Under the pieces are notes generated by a model that worked only from the letters and a program-made list of their open reading frames with translations, was not told where the DNA came from and made no database searches. Source: Lama glama (Eukaryota). Taken from it: a DNA stretch of 64,000 nucleotides. A program made the translations under genes and the position numbers. The stretch's first letter is position 1. The number at the start of each line of letters is the position of its first letter. Below, piece after piece: positions 53,629 through 64,000 of the stretch. The DNA lies in contig CM052817.1 of the NCBI GenBank assembly GCA_028534125.1, forward strand, positions 59,398,001 to 59,462,000, given 5' to 3'.

Positions 53629-54649
53629 TGTAGCTATAGTTAATTTATTATTGTTACTCTTATTTATCACTTGTTATTACCAGAATTTACTGATCCATCT
53701 TAATATGAATGGACATTTGGTTTCTTTGCAAATTTTAGCTATTTTAAATAATACTACAATGAACAATCTTGTATATGCCCTTTCTCAGATATATGTATGC
53801 ATTTATTTTAGATATGTGTCCAAGAATGAAATCACTCAGTTGTAAAATAAACCACAATAAATTCTGTCAAATAGTCTTCCAAAGTGATTATTATAATTTT
53901 TACTTCCACTATGAGTATGTAAAGAGTTCCAACTTCCCTACATTTTTGTTCTAACTTAGTGCTGTCAGTAGTTTACTTTTAGCTATGTTGGTGGGTGGTT
54001 TCTCATTATTAATTTTTTCTTTAGAAAAGTTTACAAAAACATTTTGTCATTATTTAGTTAAGGATGGGATTTTTTTTCTGCCTATATTTCAAAATGGACC
54101 TTAAAAATACATTCTGATTTCACTTTACAAAGTTTCATAAAATGCAAACTATTCTCTAGTAACAAAAATCAGATCAGTGGTTTCCCGAGTATGGGTTCGT
54201 GAGAAGGGTGGGAAGGAGAGATTATAAATGGACATGAGGAAATGTATTGAGGGTGTACTGATGAATCCTTTCTATTTTTATATTCAATGTGTTTGGAAAT
54301 TTTTAAAAACAATTTGCTGGGTATAGAAATCTAGGATGGCAGTTTTCTAATTTTTTTTCTTTCAGCATTATAAATGTAACATTCCGCTGATCATGGCTTG
54401 ATTATTTTTGTCTGGCAATCTGCCATCTTATTATTGCACCTCTAAAAACAGTGTCTGTTTTTCTTTAACTGCTGCTATGATTTTCTCTTTTTCTTTCACT
54501 TAAGCAATTTTACCAGAATGAACCAGGTTTTTTGCGAGTTTTACCTGGTTGGGTTCATGATGTTGATTAAATTTGTGGCACAATAGTACAGTATTCATCA
54601 ATTTCAGAAAATTATTGGCAATTATGTCTTCATAATTATGTCTGTAAAT

Positions 54650-57150
54650 ATTCTTATTGATGTATTTTAATATTCATTAAGCTGCATATATTTAAAATGT
54701 ACAATTTAAAAAATATTTGTACACATACACACACCTACATACCTAGAAAATGATCACCATAATCAAGATAAGAATTATATCCTTCACTCCCTTAAATTTC
54801 TTCATGCCTATTTGTAATTTCTCCCTCACATCCTTCTTCCTCACCCACTTCTAGGAAACCACTTATCTCTTTTGTTACTATATGTTAGTCTGCATTTAAT
54901 GAAATCATAGATATGAATTCATTTTTTTTTATCTGGATTTTTCTCCACAGCATAATTATTTTGAGATTTATCAATGTTTTCATGTGTATTAATTGCTTTT
55001 CCTATTTATTGCTAGAAAGTGTTCGTGTATGTATATATCACAATTTGTTTATCTACTCACCTATTAATAGTCATTTGGGTTGATTTCAGATTTAGCTATT
55101 GCAAAAAGAACACCCTGCTTCTAGGAATAAGTGTGTATAAGTTTTATATGGACTTTAAAATTTTTTCTTGAGTATCTTAGAGTATAATAGATGCATCCAT
55201 AGTAGGTACTTATTAAACTTTTTAAGTAATTGCCAGTTTTGCAAAGTGGTTGTGCCTTAAAATTCTCATCAGCAGTACATGAGAATCCCAGTTCATATTC
55301 TCATCAGTCTTTTGACTATATCTACCTTGTATGTTTATAGTTGTATCAAATTGTGATTTTAATTTGTATTTTCCTAATTACTAATGATGTTTAACATCTT
55401 TTCATATGTATATTTGTCATTCACATGTCTACTTTTGTGAACTTTCTGTTCAAATATATTGCCAGAATAAAGTTGTTTCTTTTCTTACTCTTGAGTCTTC
55501 AGAGCTCTTTTCATACTCTAGATAAAAGTTTTTTAATCAGGTACACAGTTTGCAAATATATTCTGCAACTATGTGACTTGGCTTTTAATTCTCTGGAGTG
55601 TTTTTCAAGAGTGGAAGTTCTTTTTTTGTGAAATTCAATGTATCTTTTTTTCCCTTTATGGATTGTGCTTTTGGTATCGTATGAAGAAATCTTTGACTAA
55701 CCCAATGTCACAAAGATATTCTCCTATGTGTTCTAATAGAAGTTGTATAATTTCAGATTTTATATTTAGGTCTATGATCATTTTTAAGTTACTTTTTACT
55801 TATACTTTACTAAGTGTGGATTACAGTTCCCTCTTTTTTTGTTTGTTTTGTTTTACATATACACATACAGTTATTTCAGCATAATCTGTTGAAAAAACTA
55901 ACATTTCTCCCATGAATAAACTTTAAATTTTGTTAAAAATCAACTCTATTTCAATAAATCTACTTTTGAACCCCATTCTATTCCATTGGTCTATTTGTCT
56001 ATCTTTCATACCAATCCCACCCTTTTATGATTGTGGTAGTTTCAGAATAAGACTTGAAATAATGGAATAGTAATCCTCCAAATGTGTTCTCTTTAAAGTT
56101 GTTTTCACTTTCTTAGGTATTTTACATATTTATATGAATTTTAAATTCAGCTTGTCAATTTCTACAAAAAGAAATCCTGCTAGGATTTGACTACATTTGC
56201 ATTAAATCTATAAACCAATCTGGGGAGACTTGACATCTTAATAATACTGAGCTTTCTCACACTTGAATATAGTAGACCACTCTGTGTATTCAGGTTTTGG
56301 TTTTTTTTCAGCAGTGTCATATTGTTTTCAGTGTACAGATCTAGTACATATTTTGTAATGTTTATCTCTAAATTTTTCAAGCTTTTATATATTTTTAAAT
56401 TCTAATTTCTAATATTTTTGCTATATGTAGCACTATAATCAATTATTATATATTGATCTTACGTTCTGCAAACTTGCTAAGATCACTTTACTGTTCTGGT
56501 AGTGTTGAGGGGTTGTATTTGGTATTTTCCATTGGCTATGTGATATAGACATTTGTCTCATTCACAAATATAGATTTACTTTTTCTTCTCCAAATTGGAG
56601 GACTTGTAACTTTTTCTTTTCCAAATTGTAGGACTTGTACCATATTGCACTAGGTAGAAACCCAAATATAATGTTAAATAAAAGTCATGAGAGAAGGCAT
56701 AATTTTTCTGTATTCTTCATCTTAGAGGAAAAGGTCTTTCTCTACTGAATTATTTGCAGGTTTTTCACTGGTGCCCTTAATGGGATTGAGGAAATTGCTT
56801 CTTATTCCTCAGTTTCTGGGAGATTTTATCAGGACTAGATTTAGTTTCTAAGGTATAAATTGAGCTTATTGATCTGAGACAAATCTTTTTTCATATATAT
56901 AAACTTTTCTAGTGTTAAAATTTCCCTCTGATCACTGCTTTAGCAGGATCCAGCAAATTTTTATATATGGTGTTTTTATTTTCATTTGATTCAAAACACT
57001 CTCTAATTTCCCTTTTGATTTTAACCCATGAGTTATATTTTAAGTGTTTATTTAAATAATTTTATGACTATAGTTTTACATAGGGATTTCTAGATTTTTT
57101 CTTATTATTCTCATAGTTCATTTCACTGTCAGGGATGGGAACTTAATATT
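54650..57150 (-). mobile_element. Old L1 (L1MC/MD-like) 3' region and ORF2 relic
   Basis: Track ORF 56180 (minus) KLSIIKMSSLPRLVYRFNA; 3' UTR at ~54650. Confidence 0.85.
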
Positions 57151-57799
57151 TATAACTTTAATTCTTATTTTGGTGTCATATGGTACACATACCCACACTG
57201 CAGCTCCCTTGACTATGTTATATCAATAATCGCACTTCCAATAACTTGATATTCTTTTAAACTGTGTTGAAATTTCTCACCAGTTGTTCTCTCTTGTCCT
57301 GGCATATGTATGCATGTGTGTGCATGTACACACACACACACATATAAAAATTAATTATTCCCATTTTAATGTAGGGTTAGCAGTAAGAGTAAATGACTAC
57401 ATTTAACTAATCTTCCGTTTGTACCAGAAATCCTTTGCCCAAAATCAATTTAAAGCCACAGATAATCAGGCGTTAACCAATCTTAACATTTATTTTTACT
57501 TTATATTTTAAAGAATTTTGCTTTGCCCCTTTTGATCACATCATATTCATATTTACTTTTGTGACTTTTCTCACTTTTTTGCTATGTCTGCATTTATTTT
57601 CTTCAACTGTCCAGTCCCTATATATTCTCCAAATCCAAGTAACGAGTCTTAACAATTTCATGAAGATTTTTCTAATCTACAAAACTTCTTGTTGATGTTC
57701 TTCTCTTACAAATTTTGTCTTATAGCCATGGGAGGAGCCATAGTAGGGTGGTGGTAGTCCAAGAATCGTGGTTCTCTTTGCTCATTACTATTTCACAAG

Positions 57800-58200
57800 A
57801 GACAGAGACATTCTGAGAAATTTCCAGCTTTTTAAAATAATTTCATAACAATGAGGGGGACCAATGTCATTTAATTACTGGGGGCCTAAGATGCTAGAAG
57901 TTAAGCAATGTGTGGGACACTACCCAACTACAAAGAATTGTTTCCTGGCCTGTATAACAATCTACCATCCTAGAAAATAATTCCCTGACCTTAATACTGT
58001 GTTTCACACATTTTTGATGGATTTATGAGCTGTAATTTTCAGGAATGTAAATATAATATAAATCAATATAAGATTTAATTTTTCTTGGAATTTGTTGTTT
58101 TTTTCATTATTTCAGAAAATTGCATCATCAATGGCAATACAATTTGTGGTCAATCAACACAGTTATACCAGTCTTTTGTTTACAGTTGTTGTATGAAAAT
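57800..58200. mobile_element. hAT-Charlie relic (MER20-like)
   Basis: gggcctaagatgctagaagttaagcaatgtgtgggacactacccaactacaaagaattgtttcctggcc. Confidence 0.5.
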
Positions 58201-59976
58201 AAGCAATGAAGGAAATTTGAAAAACCTTTTAATTATTTGGAGCAAATTACATTTAAAGTAGATAAGCATAAAATATAGAGACCTCATCACACATTTCTTT
58301 CACAAAAGCTGTTTTACAGTATTTCATATTACCATCCTAAATATGCATGTATTAGTATGGTGATAAGAAATTTATTCTGTGAAGATTTCATAATAAAAAC
58401 ACAGTTTTCCACTCTTAGATTGATACAATCTCTAGGTTTCTAACACATAATTTCTCTTTGGAGAGAAGTTATTTCCTCAAACTATTCTCTTTTCCCTATT
58501 ATTTGTAAAGAATATGTTGTTTTAAGCACTAGAGACTAAATGTGTGTTTTGACTTGTGATATATTTCAAGATAAGAGATATGTTTTCCATTATACTTAAT
58601 TTCTATCCCTCTCCATGTCATCTAAATGGATTTATTTTGTCACATTATAAGCAGTATAGATCAAGAAAGGAAAGAATATATCAGTATTCAATTTGTGAGA
58701 AAACTTTGTTTTACAAAATCTCTAAAAAATGTATATAAAGATATGTCCTCATGAAGATATGCATTAATTAGTGTCCTGTGTCATGATGTACTATGTATCT
58801 AATTATAGTTCTCCATAATAAATATATATATGTTTATTAATAAAAAATATTAAAAGCTGGAATTCTAAAGAAGGATTATGAAGGAGTAAAATTCCACTTA
58901 TAATACAAGCAATATTCACATTATTTTACAAAAAACTAGCTCCCAAAGACTGAAAGTTTCTGTAGAACCCTATTGCTTGTTATGAGTTATGGTTCAACTT
59001 TATGTTTACAATACCCAGTATTTAGATTTTTGATAGAACTAGAACAAAGGAACCATGTACTTTCAAATGCATATCCTAAATTGCACATTATTGCACAGAA
59101 AACCTGCTTATAGTTTGAAATTGCAGTATTTTGTATCTTCATGATTTCCATAAGCTTGTCTAAGCCTTAGGGATATTTTTTGTTATATCTCAAACTTGAG
59201 ATACCTGTTTTAGTCCTCTATGAGGATAATATTCTCAAGGATAAGGTCCAGAATAGGAATTTTTAAAAAGATGAAATTTGAAAGTTCTACTCATCCCATC
59301 GACATTATTGTAGAAGAACACAGATCTTTTTCCTATATATTCTCTTATCTGCTCCTAATGGCTCCTTCAGCTGTTAAACAAGCTACTACTGGGAAAAACA
59401 AGAATGAATATATCCAAAGCCTGTGTCCTCATAATGTTTATAAATTTAGGGAAAACAAGACTAGTATATAAAATTGGGGGAGGGGGGTCAAAATGATGAA
59501 GTGTGTATTAAAATGTCTTATACAAGTAAAAGAAATAGGAATTCAGAGCAGAGAGGGAAAAGTCAGAGGCTTTAGAAAGAAGATAGAGAGGAAGGCACAC
59601 AGTCTGATTATGAAAGAAAGGCCATATTGTTAAACCATGGAAAAAGGATTAGAGGGACGGAGGAAGAAACAGGCACATTATAGAGTCTCCAGTACACAAT
59701 CAGCCTCATAAAAAGCACAGTGTGAATCTGTGGCAATAAGAGATAATGCTTAAGTGGCCAGATGTAAATAGCTCTTCTGGTCTTAAAAAATGCTTACATA
59801 ATATCACTTTTAATGCACTAAAGGTATTTTTCCTTGTCTCCTTTGTATGAAATTCCCAGATGGAAAAATCACTGTTACTGAGACAAATAAACTCTTAAGA
59901 ATTCTTTATTATTTATTGTTTATTACTTAATTATGGGAATGTTTGTACCTTTGTATGTGTTTTTTCCCTATTGTAG

Positions 59977-60709
59977 GAACCTTTCAATGTTCATGTTCTC
60001 TTTGTTAGTTGCTCAATTTTTGTACTTTCTATTTTGCTATTTCTCTAAGAGTCAATATTAAGAATGTGCTTCTAACACTCATGGCACAAAATATAAAAAG
60101 ACTAAGGTCTAAGTAGGGCACCATTAAATTTGGCGAAAAGTATGACAAATATGTAACCATTACTATACGCATAGAAAGCAAATAGATCTCTCATTCATTC
60201 ACTTCCTGCTACTTTAAATGGCTGCTCTTGACAACCATATGTTGTTCCTGATGTTTTACATGCTGAGTATTACTGGACGCAGACAAGTTCTTTGCAATTT
60301 AATGCCTATAAATTGGTTGTATGTTACAGAGAAATGATCTTTAAAATACATCTCCTGTGTGTACCTGTTCATTGATCCAATACCTTACCTTATGGTCATG
60401 CCCACGTTCAATAATCATTATTATGGAAATAACAATGCCTGCCTGTTTCAACCAGTAGCATCAGCAGATGCTAAGAGTACTAGAAATCACACAGGCTTTC
60501 ATGCATACTTTTTGACTGACTGACTGCTTTTGACAGGAGAATATATTTATGAGTGTATTTTCATTCTTTTCCCCACCTGTTTTAAACCTTCAAAGAGTTC
60601 AGACTCCTGCTCCATAATTTTAATGCTTCACTATGGTCTTCCTTATTGTCCTTTCCATTTATCTACTGCTCAGGAGAATTTGCCAGAAACTTTAGGAGAC
60701 ATGTCATAG
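59977..60709 (+). pseudogene. Candidate large decayed exon
   Basis: Acceptor tttttccctattgtag|. From 60232 reads QPYVVPDVLHAEYYWTQTSSLQFNAYKLV...VH*SNTLPYG. Frame 60392-60709 has one internal stop. Confidence 0.45.
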
Positions 60710-60989
60710 AGCTGTAAAAACTTGGGAAATGCTCTGGGGTGACACCATCCAAAAACTATTGAGTTAAAAAACAATTTTTGAAAAAAAATTGCCCAATGAC
60801 TAGACTTTGAAGACTTTGATGATATTGGCTATATAAATTCTTAACTCTTAATTGTATCTTTAGTTATTCAGATGCATGTGGTTATATAGTTAAGACTTTG
60901 GCGGGAAGAAGTACTAAATAGCTACCAACATTTGAGCAAATATTATATGCCATCCTTTCTCTCTCTCTAAAAACTCAGTTTGCATTTAA

Positions 60990-62350
60990 GATAATTTACA
61001 TAAATGGAATCATACAGATGTATTTTTTGGCCTGGGTGCTGTCACTTAGTGTAAGTACTTTGAGATTATGTATCTATTTTGTTTGGGTATCTATCAATAG
61101 TTTGTCTTTTTGCTGATTGGAAACCAAATGCATGAGTATATCACAATTTGTTTATCTATTCACCTGTTTATGAACATTTGGGCTTTTCCCAGTTTTGAAC
61201 CATTACAAATAAAGCTGCTGTGAATGTTCATATACATGTCTTTGGACATATGCTTTCCTGCCTCTCAAGTAAATACTTAGGAGTGGAATAGCTGATGATT
61301 ATGGTAGCAGTATGTTTAACTTTAGTAAAAGTTAACTGCTTTTTAACTTTTTAAAATTTAACTGCCATCTGTTTTCCAAAGTGGTTGTACCATGTTACAT
61401 TTCCATAAGCAGTGTATGAAATTTCTGGATGTTCCATGGTTTTATCAACACTTGACATATCCACTCTTCTTAAATTTATCCATTCTGTTAGGTTTTTAGT
61501 TGTATGTCAGTGTGATTCGAATTTTCATTTACCTAAATGATGATGCAGGGTAACATTTCAAGGACTCCTTAAGTAAACTGTCCATTCAAATTAGCACCAT
61601 TTAAAAATTTTAGGTTGTGTCTTCTTATTACATTTGGAGAGTTCCTTAAATATTACTGTATGACAGAAGCCCGTCAGGTATTATATGACTTTTAAACATT
61701 TTGTCTCCATCTATGGCTTAACATTTTCATTTCCTTTAATAGGTCTTTCAAAGAGCAGAGGTTTTTTTTAAATTTTGGTGAAGTCAAATTTAATGATTTT
61801 TCTCTTTACATCATGCTTTTAGCATCATTTCTAAGAAATTTTTACCTAAAGCAAGACCACAAATATTTTGACCTATGTTTTCTTCATGATGCCTTACAGT
61901 TTTAGGTTTTACATTCGGATCAATGTTACATTTCAAGTTAATTTTTGTATTTATTGCAAAGTATAAAGTCTGGAAAAGGGGTGGATACCCAATTGCCCCA
62001 GCACTATTTGTTGAAAAGTCTATCTTTTCCTCACTAAATTGTCTCTGTACTTTTGTCAAAAATTAGTAGTCCATATATGTGTAGGTCTATTTCTAGACAC
62101 CCCATCATTTTCCATTGATATATTTGTGTATATTTTAGTCAATACAAGTTTCTCAGTAACTGCATCAATGTAATAAATGTTGAAATCAGGTAATTTTAGT
62201 CCAACAAATTTGTTCTTCTCTTTCAAAACTGCTTTTGCTATTTTGGATTCTTTTGCATTTCCACATGAATTTTAGAATTAGCTTGTCAAGTTCTATGAAA
62301 AAAGGCCTAAATGGATTTTGATTATGATTTTGTTAAAGTTACGAACAACT
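60990..62350 (-). mobile_element. Old L1 (L1MB-MD) relic
   Basis: Track ORF 61811 (minus) is ORF2-derived; 3' UTR-like sequence at ~61000. Confidence 0.85.
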
Positions 62351-62459
62351 CTTGACTGCCCATTTGTGGTCTGAGGTACTAAATCTAAAATAAAAAAAGA
62401 GGTTTCACTCATTTTTGAAAGGCAGACTATTTAAAAAGTGAATGCTATATAAATAGCTA

Positions 62460-63765
62460 TTTGTCCAAAAGATATACTAACAGCCAATAAACACATGACA
62501 AGATGTTCAGCATCATTTGCCATAAGAGAAGTTCTAATCAAAACCACAATGACATATTAATTCACACTCATAAGGATAGCTATAGTCAAAAAGCCAGTAA
62601 CAAGTGTTGATAAGAATATGGGAAAATAAGAATCCTCACTCACTGCTAGTAAGAATATAAAATGCCATAGCCACTTGGAAAATATCTTGGTAGTTCCACA
62701 AAATGTTAAACATAGTGTTACCATTTGACCCAGCAAGTCCACACCGAGGTATATACATACCCAAGAGAAATTAAAATGTATTTCTCTCAAAAATTTGTAT
62801 ATAAATGTTTATAGCAGCATTATTCATAATGGCCAAAATATATAAATAACCCTAATGTCTATCATCTGATGAATGGATAAAAGAAATATAGTTATGTCCA
62901 AATAAATTACACATCTGATAAGGGTCATATATCCAGAATATATAAAACACACTTACAACCCAAAAATGAAAAGACAGATAATCCAATTAAAATATGGGCA
63001 AGGGATTTGAATAGACACATCTCCAAAGAAGATGTGCCACTAGCCAATAAGACATGAAAAGATGCTCAATATCATTACCTACCAAGGGAATGCAAGTCAA
63101 AACCACAAAGAGATACCTCTTCACACCCACTAGGATGGCTAAACAAAAAGGACAGACAATAACAAGTGTTGATGAGAATATGGAAAAATAAGAACTCACA
63201 CAGCTGGTGGTATTATAAAATGATGCAATCAATTTGGAAAGCAGTTTGGTAGGTCCTCAAAATGTTAACTATCAGGTTACCACATGATCTAACAATTCCG
63301 CTCCCAGGTATATAGTTAGAGAGAGAAATAAAAACATACATTTTTAAAACCTTGTATATTAATTTTCATAGCAACATTATTCATAATAGCCAAAAATAGG
63401 AAACAACCTAAATGTTCATCAGTGGGATGTAAGGATCAACAAAATGCAGTATATCCATGCTATGGAATATTATTCAGCCATAAAAAATTGAATATTGAAG
63501 CATGCTATATAATGTAACTAAACCTTGAAAATTTTACTCTAAAAAGTCAGTCACAAAAGATTACTTTTTATGTAATTTAATTTATATGAAATTTCCTGAA
63601 TAGGTAAATCTGTGGAACAAAAAGTAAACTGGGATTGCCTAGAGTCAGTGATGATTAGGGGTTAATAACTACAGGGTATGGGGTTTCTTTTATGGTGATG
63701 AAAATGTTTTAAAATGTATTGTGGTGATGGTTGCATGACTCTGTGGATATACTAAAAACCAGTGA
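62460..63765 (+). mobile_element. Two tandem old L1 3' fragments
   Basis: 62465-62900 and 63020-63470 both cover the ORF2 C-terminal segment (acagccaataa...acaagtgttgat..gaatatgg..aaataagaa). Confidence 0.85.
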
Positions 63766-63789
63766 GGTAGTGTCATTATTCTACTACTA

Positions 63790-64000
63790 ATTAGAAGGCT
63801 TCCTAGGGGGAAAGGACATCCAAGTGGTAACATGAATATTAGTTGAAATAATTAGGTGAGGAGGTCATGGGTAGATTTTTGTAAGGAAGGCAAAATAAAA
63901 CAGAAAAAAATATTCCAGGTAGAGAGAACAGCAGGTTCTAGGACTCAGGAGTGATAACAAGTTTGGGAAATCAAAGAAGCTCCACATCTAGAGTGTTTGT
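63790..64000 (-). mobile_element. L2 fragment
   Basis: tattccaggtagagagaacagcaggttctaggactcaggag. Confidence 0.55.

Larger units (their letters stand above)
640..60709 (+). pseudogene. Candidate decayed multi-exon polycystin-1 family (PKD/REJ-repeat, PKDREJ-like) gene; extracellular region only, probably extending beyond the window
   Basis: About 15 non-repeat blocks, many with plus-strand splice-like boundaries. Their translations share recurring motifs (C..I..[KR]G..C..W..L.I...L.[YW]G.Y; Y..PG.Y.V.L). Nearly all carry stops or frameshifts. Confidence 0.55.

Noticed and set aside
640..60709. EYS or another EGF/laminin-G pseudogene
   Set aside because: No EGF cysteine spacing or recalled EYS peptides found in the translated blocks.
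1..64000. CRISPR arrays, tRNA/rRNA genes, CpG-island promoter
   Set aside because: No regularly spaced repeats, RNA gene motifs or CpG-rich segment seen; the sequence is eukaryotic and CpG-depleted.

Overview
AT-rich mammalian genomic DNA, probably a cetartiodactyl and most likely a camelid: the young L1 3' ends are of the cetartiodactyl type, and I saw no Alu, B1/B2, BovB/Bov-tA, PRE1 or CAN SINEs. No intact protein-coding gene, RNA gene or CpG island is visible. Many of the longer track ORFs are pieces of L1 or their antisense, and most of the rest look like chance ORFs. A large part of the window is transposon relics: young and old L1, L2, MIR, MaLR/ERVL LTRs and internal fragments, and hAT MERs. 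These include a triple-nested L1 and a twin-primed (5'-inverted) L1 with target-site duplications. The main signal lies between the repeats. About 15 unique plus-strand blocks from ~0.6 to ~60.7 kb, many with AG/GT boundaries, translate across stops and frameshifts into recurring motifs that resemble PKD-domain and REJ-region segments of polycystin-1 family proteins. I read this as the decayed extracellular region of a large multi-exon PKD1/PKDREJ-like gene, a candidate unitary pseudogene. The call rests on manual translation and remembered family motifs and needs a translated homology search. Repeat family names are by recognition and their boundaries are approximate.
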